A stretch of 64,000 nucleotides of DNA from an uncultured bacterium (GTDB taxonomy: Bacteria > Bacteroidota > Ignavibacteria > UBA10030 > BY39): contig CALCJK010000018.1 of NCBI GenBank assembly GCA_937967455.1, forward strand, positions 70,293-134,292, written 5' to 3'. Position numbers and translations under genes: made by a program. This document shows positions 32,495-44,700 of this stretch, piece after piece (the first letter of the stretch is position 1; every line of letters starts with the position of its first letter). The notes under the pieces were generated by a model that saw only the letters and a list, made by a program, of their open reading frames with translations, did not search any database and was not told the DNA's origin.

Positions 32495-33223
32495 ATGTCA
32501 TTAACTTTAAAAATCGGTTGCTGTGGCTGGGGATATTTAAAACCCCTAAATTTACCAATAAAAAAAGTATTTCCAAATCAAAGTTTATTGCAATCTTATG
32601 CAACTATTTTTGACACAGTCGAAATAAACTATACATTTTATAAAATTCCACAAACAAAAACCGTGATAAAATGGCGCCAGGAAGTTGACGCCATCAATCC
32701 CAATTTTGAATTTACTATAAAAGCTTTCCAAATTATCACACACAAGCTTAGATTTAGAGATGCTTCTATCAGATATTTTGATACACTAATTGAGCTATGT
32801 AAACTTTTAAACGCAAAAATAATTTTATTTCAGACACCAGCTTCATTTATTCCTAAAGATGAAAATCTTTTATTGTTTGACAATTTCTTTAAAAATATCA
32901 AGAGGGAAAATTTTATCCTGGTATGGGAACCAAGAGGAAACTGGAACTTTGATACCGTTAAAGAACTCTGTAAAAAATATAACTTAATTCACTGCGTAGA
33001 TATTTTTATGAATAATCCTTTTATTATGAAAAAGCAAAAAATTTTATATTTTAGATTGCATGGCCTTGGTAAAAAAATGTATTTATACAAATTTAACGAA
33101 AATGAACTTCATCAATTAAATAGAAAATTAAAAGAAATTTCTCAAGATCACAAAACCGCATATATATTTTTTAACAATACTAATTGTTATGAAGATGCAT
33201 TCCTATTTAAGAAAATTGTATAA
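32495..33223 (+). CDS. DUF72 (UPF0759/YecE-like) family protein
   Basis: N-terminal IGCCGWGY, corresponding to the IGTSGW motif of DUF72. Immediately follows the carbonic anhydrase stop codon. Confidence 0.5.
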   Translation: MSLTLKIGCCGWGYLKPLNLPIKKVFPNQSLLQSYATIFDTVEINYTFYKIPQTKTVIKWRQEVDAINPNFEFTIKAFQIITHKLRFRDASIRYFDTLIELCKLLNAKIILFQTPASFIPKDENLLLFDNFFKNIKRENFILVWEPRGNWNFDTVKELCKKYNLIHCVDIFMNNPFIMKKQKILYFRLHGLGKKMYLYKFNENELHQLNRKLKEISQDHKTAYIFFNNTNCYEDAFLFKKIV

Positions 33224-33289
33224 TTTTTCTATAAATTAAGTTTTTCTTATTATTAAATTCACACAAACAAAAACAAAGGTACCAAAATA

Positions 33290-34624
33290 ATGATACAAAA
33301 CAGATCACAATGGGGTACAAGATTTGGTTTTATACTTGCCGCAACTGGATCTGCAATAGGCCTTGGAAATATATGGCGTTTCCCATATACAACTGGAGAG
33401 AATGGCGGAGCCGCATTTGTTCTCATTTACATCTTATGTGTAATCTTAATAGGTATACCAGTCCTAATAGCTGAATTAACTTTAGGTCGATATACACAGC
33501 GAAATCCAGTTGGAGCAATAAAAGCAATTACGCCTCGAGGATTATGGAAAATTCTTGGATATCTTGGAGTGATAGCTGGAATTGCTATTTTATCTTACTA
33601 TTCAGTTGTTGCAGGATGGACTATTGGCTACATTTTTAAAACAGCATTTCATGAAACAACTAACTTTGGAGCGTTTGTTGCAAATCCAATCAATGAAATT
33701 TTCTATTTTATTATTTTCCTAAGCCTCACAATGTTTGTAGTATTAGGAGGAGTTAAAAGTGGAATCGAAAGATGGTCAAAAATTCTTATGCCACTGCTCT
33801 TTATTATATTGTTTGGATTAATTATCTATGCTTTAACTTTACCGAAAGCGAGTGAAGGAATTAAATTTTATTTACAACCTGATTTCAGCAAAATAAACGG
33901 AAGGACTATTCTTGCTGCCTTAGGTCAAGCTTTTTTCTCATTAAGCCTCGGGATGGGTGCCATGATAACATATGGAAGTTATATTTCAAGAAATACAAAC
34001 CTGATCTCGTCAGCAACCATTGTTGCATTCTCAGATACACTTATTGCGATTATGGCTGGATTAGTAATTTTTCCAGCACTTTTTGCTGCAGGAATGGAAC
34101 CAGCCCAAGGACCAAGTTTAGTTTTCAATGTTTTACCAACAATATTTAGCCAAATGCCAGGGGGTACGATTGTTGGGATGTTCTTCTTTATACTTCTAGC
34201 AATAGCTGCACTGACTTCTTCCATTTCCTTGCTCGAAGTTGGAGTTGCCTGGGCAGTTGATGAATTGAAATTTAGTCGCAAAAATGCAACAATATTTTTA
34301 ACACTGATCGCTCTTATCTTAGGAATACCATCAGCTTTGTCACAGGGTTATAGCAAGTTTTTAAGTGAAATGAATCTCTTTAATAAAACAGGATTTCTAG
34401 ACATAATGGATTTCCTTTTTGGTTCGTTTGCACTAACATTTGGAGGCTTTTTACTTTCAATTTTTATTGGCTGGAAATGGGGTGCAAAAAACGCACTCGA
34501 TGAAATAAATTACGGCATTTATAAAAATTATGAATTCCTGAAAAGTGGATGGAGTTTTCTTATACGATTCATATGCCCTATAGTAATATTTTTGGTTCTC
34601 CTCAATATTTTTAAAATATTCTAA
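33290..34624 (+). CDS. sodium-dependent transporter, NSS (SNF) family
   Basis: WGTRFGFILAATGSAIGLGNIWRFPY N-terminal signature and about 12 TM helices. Confidence 0.85.
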   Translation: MIQNRSQWGTRFGFILAATGSAIGLGNIWRFPYTTGENGGAAFVLIYILCVILIGIPVLIAELTLGRYTQRNPVGAIKAITPRGLWKILGYLGVIAGIAILSYYSVVAGWTIGYIFKTAFHETTNFGAFVANPINEIFYFIIFLSLTMFVVLGGVKSGIERWSKILMPLLFIILFGLIIYALTLPKASEGIKFYLQPDFSKINGRTILAALGQAFFSLSLGMGAMITYGSYISRNTNLISSATIVAFSDTLIAIMAGLVIFPALFAAGMEPAQGPSLVFNVLPTIFSQMPGGTIVGMFFFILLAIAALTSSISLLEVGVAWAVDELKFSRKNATIFLTLIALILGIPSALSQGYSKFLSEMNLFNKTGFLDIMDFLFGSFALTFGGFLLSIFIGWKWGAKNALDEINYGIYKNYEFLKSGWSFLIRFICPIVIFLVLLNIFKIF

Positions 34625-34644
34625 AAACAAACAAGGATTACGAC

Positions 34645-36039
34645 ATGGACGAATTATATGCACAACTTGTAAAATCAATTGATGAAATTGCAACATGGAT
34701 TTGGTCTTATATGGTTTATATTCTCTTTGCAGTTGGAGTATGGTTAACATTTAAAACTGGCTTTATACAATTTAGAAGATTTAGAGATGCATACAAGTTG
34801 TTAATAAAAGGATTTATGGGAAAAAGATCAAATGAAAAACTTGAAGGTGATGTATCACCATTTGCGGCACTTTCAACTGCACTTGCAGCAACAGTTGGTA
34901 ACGGGAATATTGGTGGAGTGGCAACAGCACTTTATTGGGGTGGTCCTGGCGCAATCTTCTGGATGTGGGTGTGCGGATTTATTGGTATGGCCACAAAGTA
35001 TGCAGAAGCACTACTCGGCGTTTATTATCGTGAAAAATATCCGGACGGTACTATTGCCGGAGGTCCAATGTACTATATTAAAAATGGAATAACTAATAAA
35101 AAAATTGCATTACCTCTTGCAACTATATTTGCAGTATGTGGTGCTTTTGCAGCACTTTTTGGAACTGGCAATATGATGCAGGCAAACCAAATGGCGTTAG
35201 CATTTGATAGTCAATTTGGAATTCCAAAAATTGCAACAGGAATTATTATTACAATTTTTGTAGGTTTGGTTATCATAGGTGGAATTAAAAGAATCGCTAT
35301 GGTAGCTGAACGGCTGGTGCCAACAATGATAATAATTTATTTTATTTTGGGATTTGTAGTTATATTTAAACATTACACTGAAATTCCAAAAGTTTTTGGA
35401 TTAATATTCCAGTACGCATTCACTCCTTCTGCAGCTTTAGGAGGGTTTTTAGGTGCAACCGTAAAACAAGCTATACAGTTTGGTTTCAGAAGAGGCCTTC
35501 TCTCAAACGAAGCTGGACTCGGTAGCGCTCCAATAGCTCATGCTGCAGCTCAAACTCCATCTCCTATCCATCAAGGTCTGATTGGAACTATGGAAGTTTT
35601 TATCGATACCCTTGTGGTATGCACACTTACAGCTATTATAAACTTATCAACTGGTATGTGGCAAAGTGGGTTAACTGGTACAGCTATGACGGCAGCCTCT
35701 TTTTCTGAAGGCGTCCCTTACCTTGGAGGATTTGTTGTTGCGCTATCTTCATTCCTCTTTGGTTACACAACTTTAATTGGTTGGTGCTATTATGGCGAGC
35801 AATGCTTAAAATATTTATTTGGAATTAAAATCAAATATACTTACAGAATTATATATATAATTCTAATGCTAATAGGTTCAGTTGCTTCTATAGAATTAGT
35901 ATTTTTCGTTGGAGATATTGCAAACGCCTTTATGGCACTGCCAAACTTGATTGCCCTTACATTACTTGGTGGTATAGTCAGTAAGATAACAAAGGAATTC
36001 TTCAACAAATATCCAAAAGTAGAACTTTATAAAGAATAG
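34645..36039 (+). CDS. alanine/glycine:cation symporter (AGCS family)
   Basis: SPFAALSTALAATVGNGNIGGVATA signature in a polytopic protein. Confidence 0.8.
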   Translation: MDELYAQLVKSIDEIATWIWSYMVYILFAVGVWLTFKTGFIQFRRFRDAYKLLIKGFMGKRSNEKLEGDVSPFAALSTALAATVGNGNIGGVATALYWGGPGAIFWMWVCGFIGMATKYAEALLGVYYREKYPDGTIAGGPMYYIKNGITNKKIALPLATIFAVCGAFAALFGTGNMMQANQMALAFDSQFGIPKIATGIIITIFVGLVIIGGIKRIAMVAERLVPTMIIIYFILGFVVIFKHYTEIPKVFGLIFQYAFTPSAALGGFLGATVKQAIQFGFRRGLLSNEAGLGSAPIAHAAAQTPSPIHQGLIGTMEVFIDTLVVCTLTAIINLSTGMWQSGLTGTAMTAASFSEGVPYLGGFVVALSSFLFGYTTLIGWCYYGEQCLKYLFGIKIKYTYRIIYIILMLIGSVASIELVFFVGDIANAFMALPNLIALTLLGGIVSKITKEFFNKYPKVELYKE

Positions 36040-36043
36040 AAAT

Positions 36044-36826
36044 ATGAAAATAGCTGTCGTACAAACAAATCCAAAATTTGGAGATGTTCACAAGAATATA
36101 GACGATGCAATAAAAATAATGAGCAGCTCTCCAGCAGACTTTTATGTGTTACCTGAATTATTTAATACTGGATACAATTTCTCAAATAAAGACGAACTTG
36201 AAGATCTTGCTGAACCAATAGATGGACAAACATATACAATACTTCAAGCATATGCACGCCAACGGCAGTGTTATATTGTTTATGGTTTTGCAGAAACTGA
36301 TGGAATTGTTTTTTTTAATTCCGCAGCAATGGTAGGTCCAGAAGGTTTGATAGGATTATATAGAAAAATCCACTTATTCTATAGAGAAAAACTCTTTTTT
36401 AAAAAAGGCAATTTAGGTTTACCTGTTTTCAATACTGTTTTTGGTAAAGTTGGTATAATGATTTGTTTTGATTGGTTTTTTCCAGAAGCAATGCGGACGC
36501 TTACATTTAAAGGTTCTCAATTAATTGCGCATCCATCTAATCTTGTTTTACCATATTGTCCTGATGCAATGATAACGCGCTGTCTTGAAAACAAAGTTTT
36601 TGCAGCAACTGCCGACAGAGTTGGATCAGAAGAAAACACAGAACTCAAACTAAGTTTTATAGGAAAGAGCGAAATTATAAATCCCAAAGGAGAAATTCTT
36701 TGCAGATTGGATGAAATAAATGAAGGGGTTGGAATCGCAGAAATAAATTTAGAAGAAGCGCTCAATAAAAAAATAAACGAATATAATAATCTATTTGAGG
36801 ATAGAGACGAAAGAAATTATTTTTAA
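36044..36826 (+). CDS. carbon-nitrogen hydrolase family protein (nitrilase/amidase superfamily)
   Basis: MKIAVVQTNPKFGDV...E...K...C (MICFD) catalytic triad pattern. Confidence 0.75.
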   Translation: MKIAVVQTNPKFGDVHKNIDDAIKIMSSSPADFYVLPELFNTGYNFSNKDELEDLAEPIDGQTYTILQAYARQRQCYIVYGFAETDGIVFFNSAAMVGPEGLIGLYRKIHLFYREKLFFKKGNLGLPVFNTVFGKVGIMICFDWFFPEAMRTLTFKGSQLIAHPSNLVLPYCPDAMITRCLENKVFAATADRVGSEENTELKLSFIGKSEIINPKGEILCRLDEINEGVGIAEINLEEALNKKINEYNNLFEDRDERNYF

Positions 36827-37209
36827 CAACCTCGTTTGTTAAGATTGGAAAGTTCTTTTTTTGAGTATTTTACAAACTTGTTATTCTCATCAACAATTAC
36901 AATTCTGGGTTTAATAGGCTTTTTAGATAATTGAAAAGTCATTATTATAATTTCATCTCCTTTTTTAATCAGGTGAGCTGCACCACCGTTCATACATATC
37001 TGACCTGAATTTTTTTTCCCCTTAATCACATAAGTTTCCAGTCGGTTACCATTTGTATTATCTACTACAAGTACTCTTTCATATTCATCTATATTAGCTT
37101 TTTTCATTAAAGCTTCATCAATTGTAATAGAGCCTATATATTTAAGATTTGCTTCAGTAACAGTTGCATTATGTATTTTTGATTTTAAAAATTGTCTCAT
37201 AACAATCAA
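36823..37209 (-). CDS. panD: aspartate 1-decarboxylase
   Basis: MRQFLKSKIHNATVTEANLKYIGSITIDEALM matches the PanD N-terminus, including the self-cleavage G-S site. Confidence 0.85.
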   Translation of the reverse strand: MIVMRQFLKSKIHNATVTEANLKYIGSITIDEALMKKANIDEYERVLVVDNTNGNRLETYVIKGKKNSGQICMNGGAAHLIKKGDEIIIMTFQLSKKPIKPRIVIVDENNKFVKYSKKELSNLNKRGC

Positions 37210-37253
37210 ATTAATTTTGAATTAATATAAGAAAATTAGTTATAATCCACAAT

Positions 37254-38699
37254 TTAGCCTTTCATCACTGCAATTGGTGTCATTTTAGCAACTTTCTTTG
37301 CAATTCCAGCATTATGTACTACCTCAACGACCTCGCTAACATTTTTATATGCATCAGGTTTTTCTTCCGTTAATCCAGATTTTGTTTGAGCGCGAACCAG
37401 TATATTTTGTGATTTCATTTGTTCTAAAAGTTTTTCGGCGCTTGTTTCACGCTTTGCTTGAGTCCGACTCATTGCACGACCAGCACCATGACAGGATGAA
37501 CCGAAAGTTTCCTTCATTGCCTGTTCTGTACCAACAAGAACATATGAACAAGTTCCCATACTACCTGGTATCAAAACAGGCTGGCCAAACTTTTGTAATT
37601 CAACAGGCAACGCAGGATGCCCCTTCGGAAAAGCACGTGTAGCACCTTTTCTGTGAACAAGAACTTTTTTCCGTCCTCCATCAACACCAAAAATTTTAGG
37701 ATCAATCTCATGTTCTTCAAACTTGGCTATATTATGGCATACATCATAAACAATCCTCAAATCACCACTTCCCATTATTCGTTGAAATGCTTCACGCGTC
37801 CAGTGAGTAATCATTTGTCGGTTTGCAAACGCAAAATTTGCAGCTGCTGCCATAGCTGCTAAATAATTTTTACCTTCTTGAGATTTAATTGGAACACAGG
37901 CAAGTTGCCTATCAACAACTTTAATTCCATACTTCTTCATACCTTCCTGCATTATATCCAGATAATCTGTACAAACCTGATGACCAAGTCCCCTTGAACC
38001 ACTGTGGATCAAAACAACAATCTGTTTTTCTTGCATCCCAAAATTTTTTGCAGTCTCTTCATCATAAATCTCTGAAACCACCTGAATCTCAAGAAAATGA
38101 TTCCCCGAACCCAATGTTCCAAGTTGATCGTGTCCTCGTTCTTTTGCCCTCGAACTAACAAGGTCAGGATCAGCACCTGTAATTCTACCATATTCTTCTA
38201 TGTGCTTCAGATCCTCTTCACTACCATAACCATTTCGAACTGCCCATGATGCACCATTAGTCAAAACATTATTTAATTCAGCTTTAGTAACTTCAAGTAA
38301 ACCACTCCTACCAGTACCACAGGGAATATCTCTAAATAATTGATTTAAAAGTTGTTCAAGCTTTGGTCTTACATCGTTTTCCATAAAAGGACTTGCAAGA
38401 AGTCGAACACCACAATTAATATCAAATCCCACACCACCTGCTGAAACAACTCCCTCCTCAATGTCGGCTGCAGCAACACCCCCAATACAGAAACCATACC
38501 CTTGATGTGCATCAGGCATCGCTAAAGATCTACCAATCATACCCGGGAGAGTTGCAACATTAGCTACCTGTTCTTTTGTTTGATCCTTCTCAATATGCTT
38601 TATCATCTCTTCGTCAGCGTATATAAGACCATCTATACGCATTCCCGACTTGTAACTTTTAGGGATTAAAAATCTATAATCATATATTTTTTTAATCAT
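37254..38699 (-). CDS. rtcB: RNA-splicing ligase RtcB
   Basis: 481 aa with HSGSRGLGHQV and GTEQAMKETFGSSCHGAGR RtcB signature regions. Confidence 0.9.
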   Translation of the reverse strand: MIKKIYDYRFLIPKSYKSGMRIDGLIYADEEMIKHIEKDQTKEQVANVATLPGMIGRSLAMPDAHQGYGFCIGGVAAADIEEGVVSAGGVGFDINCGVRLLASPFMENDVRPKLEQLLNQLFRDIPCGTGRSGLLEVTKAELNNVLTNGASWAVRNGYGSEEDLKHIEEYGRITGADPDLVSSRAKERGHDQLGTLGSGNHFLEIQVVSEIYDEETAKNFGMQEKQIVVLIHSGSRGLGHQVCTDYLDIMQEGMKKYGIKVVDRQLACVPIKSQEGKNYLAAMAAAANFAFANRQMITHWTREAFQRIMGSGDLRIVYDVCHNIAKFEEHEIDPKIFGVDGGRKKVLVHRKGATRAFPKGHPALPVELQKFGQPVLIPGSMGTCSYVLVGTEQAMKETFGSSCHGAGRAMSRTQAKRETSAEKLLEQMKSQNILVRAQTKSGLTEEKPDAYKNVSEVVEVVHNAGIAKKVAKMTPIAVMKG

Positions 38700-38717
38700 A
38701 TTTTTTTCTCCTTATTA

Positions 38718-39137
38718 TTATATGTCCAAAAATACTCGTACCAATCCACGTTCAGCATTTTCACAAACTAATATTTGATGATAAGTAACTGCTTTAACAT
38801 CAAGTTTTGTAAGATGTTTCTTATTATCAAATATTTCACCTTTTACCTCAGCTATTAAATAATTCGGTTGCAAATCCTCTACATTAAAATCGCAACAAAC
38901 AAAATTATCACCATCGTATAAATATAAAATTTCACTTAACCATTTAACAAGTAGGTGTTCATAATCAGATGCTTTTATTTCAATCTTTCTATTCTGACTG
39001 GGTTCGATTGCTGCTATATCTAAAATGATAGAAGTTAGAGCTAGTGCAGCTTCCTCGAAGGCTTCTTTGAGATTTTTTCCGTATGCTTCAATGCCCATAT
39101 CAGCAGGGTGATCCAATATTACATATCCACGTTTCAT
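38718..39137 (-). CDS. archease (RtcB activator)
   Basis: MKRGYVILDHPADMGIEAYGKNLKEAFEEAALAL matches the archease N-terminus. Sits immediately upstream of rtcB on the same strand. Start taken at MKR inside track ORF 38718..39155. Confidence 0.75.
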   Translation of the reverse strand: MKRGYVILDHPADMGIEAYGKNLKEAFEEAALALTSIILDIAAIEPSQNRKIEIKASDYEHLLVKWLSEILYLYDGDNFVCCDFNVEDLQPNYLIAEVKGEIFDNKKHLTKLDVKAVTYHQILVCENAERGLVRVFLDI

Positions 39138-39240
39138 ATAAAATAAAATAATCAATCAAATAGATATTAGCAAAATTTGCATTTCCTTGAGAAATTAACG
39201 AAATTTTAGAAAATTTTGTATAAAAAAGCTATTATTCATT

Positions 39241-39576
39241 ATGAAAACAAATATTTGGATGATTTTATTTATTGCAGTAATTATACTTGCAGCAGTTGTA
39301 ATTGCATACCAAGATCTCAGGAGAGCTGATCAACCACTAATTTACTATAAAGAGAAATATGAAGAACTTCAAAGATCTTATATTGATTTAGCAAAATCAT
39401 ATTCATACATCCTTGAAACAATTATGAAAAACAACATAAACATACAACCATATTTAGTAGATTATGCTAACAAATCTCCTGAAGAATTTAATGAGTATTT
39501 AAGACGCAGAATTGTTGCAATGCAACTTGAAATTGAACGATTAGAATATGAAAAACAAAAACTATTTCAAAAATAA
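39241..39576 (+). CDS. TM + coiled-coil protein (possibly FtsB/DivIC-like)
   Basis: N-terminal TM (IWMILFIAVIILAAVVIAY) followed by a heptad-like charged region. Confidence 0.3.
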   Translation: MKTNIWMILFIAVIILAAVVIAYQDLRRADQPLIYYKEKYEELQRSYIDLAKSYSYILETIMKNNINIQPYLVDYANKSPEEFNEYLRRRIVAMQLEIERLEYEKQKLFQK

Positions 39577-39591
39577 TAACGAAAGGAGAAA

Positions 39592-40575
39592 ATGGTACCC
39601 TCTGAATTATTAACTTCAATCAAAGAAAATGCTAAAAAACAAAAAAAGACTATTGTACTTCCCGATGCTTTAGATGAAAGAGCAATTAAAGCCAGCCGAA
39701 TTATACTCGATGAAGGTATAGCTAATCCAATTTTAATTGGAGATGAAGTACAAATAAGAGCAAAAGCAGAAAGTTTAAATGTATCACTCCAAGGTATTAG
39801 AGTAATTGATCCAAAAAAGTCAGATAATTTAAGCAATTTTTCTCACATATTTTATAATCTCAGAAAAGAAAAAGGAATAACATTTGAAGATGCACAGAAA
39901 ACGATGACTCAACCACTTTACTTTGGTGCAATGATGGTTAGAGAAGATATGGCTCATGGAAGTGTAGCTGGTTCAGTTTCCACAACCGGAGATGTACTTA
40001 GGGCAGCAATTCAAGTAATTGGTATGAAGGAAGGAATAAACATAGTATCATCATTCTTCTTAATGGTATTCCCTCATAAGGTATTCTCATTCGCCGATTG
40101 TGCAGTGGTTCCTGATCCGACCGTTGAACAACTCGCAGACATTGCTATTACGACTGCAGAGAACCATCAGAAACTTACAGGTGAAGAACCTCGAGTTGCT
40201 ATGCTCTCTTTCTCTACAAAAGGTAGTGCATCACATCCATTTGTAGAAAAAGTACAGAAGGCTACAGAAATTGTACGTAGGAAAGCACCAGCCCTAATAG
40301 TAGACGGTGAATTGCAACTCGATGCAGCTATTGTTCCCAAAGTTGCAAATTCAAAAGCACCAGGCAGTCCTGTTCAGGGAAATGCAAATGTACTTATATT
40401 CCCTGATCTAGACGCTGGTAATATTGGATATAAACTTGCACAAAGACTTGGTGGTGCTGAAGCTATCGGTCCAATAGTACAAGGTCTAAAAAAACCAGCA
40501 TTTGATTTATCACGTGGTTGCAGTGTTGAAGATATTGTAAACACAACTGCAATTAACTGCGTTATGAGCATTTAA
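39592..40575 (+). CDS. pta: phosphate acetyltransferase (short form)
   Basis: 327 aa of the phosphate acetyl/butyryltransferase family ([16 protein letters not shown]...GSV...DAAIVP). Confidence 0.8.
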   Translation: MVPSELLTSIKENAKKQKKTIVLPDALDERAIKASRIILDEGIANPILIGDEVQIRAKAESLNVSLQGIRVIDPKKSDNLSNFSHIFYNLRKEKGITFEDAQKTMTQPLYFGAMMVREDMAHGSVAGSVSTTGDVLRAAIQVIGMKEGINIVSSFFLMVFPHKVFSFADCAVVPDPTVEQLADIAITTAENHQKLTGEEPRVAMLSFSTKGSASHPFVEKVQKATEIVRRKAPALIVDGELQLDAAIVPKVANSKAPGSPVQGNANVLIFPDLDAGNIGYKLAQRLGGAEAIGPIVQGLKKPAFDLSRGCSVEDIVNTTAINCVMSI

Positions 40576-40578
40576 AAA

Positions 40579-41733
40579 ATGCAAACAACAAGTCCTAAAA
40601 CAAGATACCTGTTTATAGATTTGTATCGAGGACTTGTTGTTTTATTCATGCTTGAAGGGCATTTATTCCGTGAATTATTACATCAGGATGTAATAAAATC
40701 ACCTTTATTTCAGTTTCACGATCTTTTTCATGGAATAAGTGCCCCTGCATTTTTATTTGGATCAGGTTTAACATTCGTTCTATCCACCAGAAAAAGATGG
40801 GAAGATTATCATCACTGGGACCCACCATTCGCTCGTAGATTAGGTAGAATATTAACAATTCTATTTCTTGGATATGCTCTACATTTACCTTTTTTATCCG
40901 CAAAAAAATTAATTACGGAAGGTAAACTTGAACATTACCTACAACTATTTCAGAGTGATGTTCTACAATGTATAGGCTTTGGATTATTATTTCTTCATGC
41001 ATTGTTATTTTTCTTCAAAACAGAGAGAAGATTTTATGGATTAGTGTTATCAGCAACTGTTGCAGTACCATTATTAACACCACTTATCTGGGAAATAGAT
41101 TTTTTAAACTATTACCCAGCATTTATCGCACAACTACTTAATAACAAGCATGGATCAATTTTCCCTCTTTTCCCTTTTATTGGTTTTTTATTTGCTGGTG
41201 TAATAGTTTCATGGGAGTTTATGTACGCAGTTGAACATAAACGTGAACATAAATTTATGAGACGTTTTCTATACTTAGGAGTAGTTTTTTTCGTGTTTGG
41301 TTTACTTTTAGATACATTACCATTTCAGATTTATCCCGTCTATAATTTCTGGTATACAAGTCCAAATTATTTTTTGATTAGAATTGGTGCTTTATTATTC
41401 TTATTTGGATTAATTTGGAATATTACAGAAAAAGTAAAGAAACCACCTACCTGGATAACAATCCTTGGTAAAGAATCTTTGTTGGTTTATGTAGTTCACT
41501 TAGTAATTTTATATGGCTCTGTAATTAACCCCTTTATAAGTTTGAAAACTATATTTGGGACAAACTTACAACTTATTGAAACAATTCCAATATTTATTGC
41601 CTTTGCAATTTTAATGATAGCATTGGCATATTTATGGAGCTACCTGAAAGAGAAAAAATACAACCTCTACAGAATCATTCAAATAACACTTGCTGCAATT
41701 TTTTTAACAGTGTTTTTTACATTAGAGTATTAA
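40579..41733 (+). CDS. DUF1624/HGSNAT-like polytopic membrane acyltransferase family protein
   Basis: RYLFIDLYRGLVVLFMLEGH N-terminus typical of DUF1624, with about 10 TM helices. Confidence 0.5.
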   Translation: MQTTSPKTRYLFIDLYRGLVVLFMLEGHLFRELLHQDVIKSPLFQFHDLFHGISAPAFLFGSGLTFVLSTRKRWEDYHHWDPPFARRLGRILTILFLGYALHLPFLSAKKLITEGKLEHYLQLFQSDVLQCIGFGLLFLHALLFFFKTERRFYGLVLSATVAVPLLTPLIWEIDFLNYYPAFIAQLLNNKHGSIFPLFPFIGFLFAGVIVSWEFMYAVEHKREHKFMRRFLYLGVVFFVFGLLLDTLPFQIYPVYNFWYTSPNYFLIRIGALLFLFGLIWNITEKVKKPPTWITILGKESLLVYVVHLVILYGSVINPFISLKTIFGTNLQLIETIPIFIAFAILMIALAYLWSYLKEKKYNLYRIIQITLAAIFLTVFFTLEY

Positions 41734-41768
41734 ATTTATAAAATACAAAAACAAATACTAAGAGATTT

Positions 41769-44700
41769 TTATTTCACAAGCAACATCCTTCTTTGTTGAA
41801 TTTTAACATCCGAACCTACATCATGTGTTTTATTCAACTCATTAACCCATATTCTATAGACATATACTCCAGTCGGTAAATTACTGGCATTAAATTCAAC
41901 TTGATGATATCCTGATTGAAATTCTTGATTATCTATCAAGTTCATAATATGCTGTCCAAGTGTATTAAATATTTTTAATGACACGATAGAATTCACTTTC
42001 AAACCAAAATTAATTACAGTACTTGAATTAAATGGATTGGGATAATTCTGGTATAGAATAAATTTTTCTGGTATTTCCTGAATTTCAGTTATTTGTTCAA
42101 ACGGTGGTTTAGGTGGAAGTTCATTCGTAGGTATTACTCTGATCCTAGACAAAGCATTATAAATTCCTGAAGATGAAAGTATAAGCTTCCCATTTTGATC
42201 AACCTTCACCCAGTATCCCTTACCTGGATAAATTGTATCAGCTATTAAATAACCAGATGAATACTTATAAAAATCAGAGGTTACAATACTGCCGGGTATT
42301 GAAGTTATTGAATTAATGCTAACAGCATTTGAAGCTGAACCAATTAAATTCCAGCCCGCATTAACATCAACTGTTTCAGGATCACATAAATAGCCGGTCA
42401 TTACTACATTTCCTGTGTCATTAAATTTTAACCAGTATCCAACTCCAACAGATAAGGTTTCCTTTTCCACATACTCAGAATTATACACAAAAGCTTTAGA
42501 ACTCGATGTTGGATACAATACAACCTTTCTAAAATCAGAAACTTGTAGAGGTACTGAAAGCAAATTCCAGCCCTTATCAAAAACATAAGTATCCGAAATC
42601 ATACCAGACATTGCACCAGTATAAAATGACCATGGGGATCCGGAAGCTTGTATATTTGCACTTGAATTTAAAGCATTAATTTGCCAGTAGTATCTTTTAT
42701 TAGTATCAAGTAAAGTATATGAGTAAGTTGTATCTGTTTGGTTACTTACAAAATTAGGTGGATGTATAGTATCAAGATAAACTAAATAATAACCTGCTGC
42801 TTTTGAAGATTGCCAAACTAATTTTCCATTCGTAGGTTGGTTAAGAATTCCATTTGAGGGAGAAACTAATGTAAAGGAAGCTGGTGAATTTATAACATAC
42901 TCATCAGCACCAATGTCTGGTGAAGTACTTCTTGCATTTCCATCGAAATCATCAACAATTCCTATTAAAGGAATTCCATTATTATCTGCATAGGAATATA
43001 CCGTTGAATCAATATGCAAATTATTTGCGACAGTATTAACAAATTTTGGATCAGCATTAAAGCTTGCAAAATCACACATAGCAAGAGCATTCCATTGTGT
43101 TAGGTTAGAATAAAAATTTATCCACCGAGTAAGGTGGGAATTGTTAAGATTATAAAAAACATTATTATCTGAAGAACCCGGGAACCAATTTACTGGTTGA
43201 ACTGAATTTGAAATCGCAATATGGAAACCGCTTCCTGATCGCTCATTTGAAAATATATTGTTTTTGATATTTACTAGTGATATACCATCCCTTCTGTAAC
43301 AATATGAGGAATCCAAACCAGTTGAACTTCCACCAATGTAGATGGAGTTAAAAAATAGGTTATTGTAAAATTTACCAGTAACTATTATATCATGTATGCC
43401 AGTATAAGTACATTTATTTGAAAGCCCAACACCTAATGAAATTATGTTATTTACAATTGTTACACTATCATTTAAATTGCCAAGTAAAAATCCAACAACA
43501 TTACTTGATGCACTAACATTATTTGGCCCAACATTGTATAAAAAATTCTTGGAAATATTTGTATATTTACACATAATAAATACGCCAATAAAATCATTGG
43601 CAACTGGTTGAGATTGATTAACATTGACAATTGTATTTTTGATCACATTTGCAGTATCAGCAAACATGATTTTAATACCAGAAACAACCCCACCACCATC
43701 AATTCTAACTTCTTTACTCAAACTTGTGTCACCTATAATATTTCCATTAATATTTACTCGCGTAGGATTTAACATACTAATTCCATTAAAACTTATACCT
43801 GTAAAACCTGAAGATATTGCTGGACTGACAATAAATATATTTCTTATTACATTATCTCGAATTGTATTTAACAATACAGTATCAACACTTAGATCAATTC
43901 CAGTAAATGTGGAGTTACTCATATCAATAAGTGGAGCACCTTCTGCCATTGGATTACTACCACCAATAAAGTTCCCACTTATAAAATGCCCCCCGCTCTT
44001 TTGGGAAGTTGAAGGTAGTAAATATATACCTGTCATTTGCTGAGACTGAGGATAACTTTGATAAAGAGAATTTGAAATAAGATTCCAACTTAGTCCGTAT
44101 AATTTTATCCCATAATTACTCCAATTATAGATTTTACAACTCTGAATTGTATTAGAATCATTTGGAGCACCTGTAGTCCAATCAGAATAGATTGCATTCA
44201 TTGGTTGAACTGAAGAGATATCAGATCTATCTCTTATTTCACAATTATTAATAACATTATGACTGTTTCCTTGTGCATAAGTATGTTCACCAAAGTAAAC
44301 TGTTCCACTGTAACTTGAAGTATTCTGACCTTCTATTTTCAAGTATTTCAAAGTATTATAAGTAGCATCGTTATTTATGCGGATGGTTGGTCCAACGTAT
44401 GCAATACTAATGTTACGAATAGTCCAATAAATAGAATCACCAACTCCACCAGCTCTTCCATCCAATGTTAGTCTTTCAACACCGTTAAGGTCAATCAAGG
44501 GATATGCACCTGTTGTAATTCCTTGAGTTGTTCTCATACTTACACCACTTGCCGGACGAATTGTAACAGTCCAGTTTCCACCACTTGTAAGATACTGATT
44601 AAACCTTATTGGAAATGTTTCACCCGTATTGCCGTCATAATCTGATTGTAATTCAAAAATTACATTACCAGTCAGAATTTTTTTATTTAATGTATCTGCT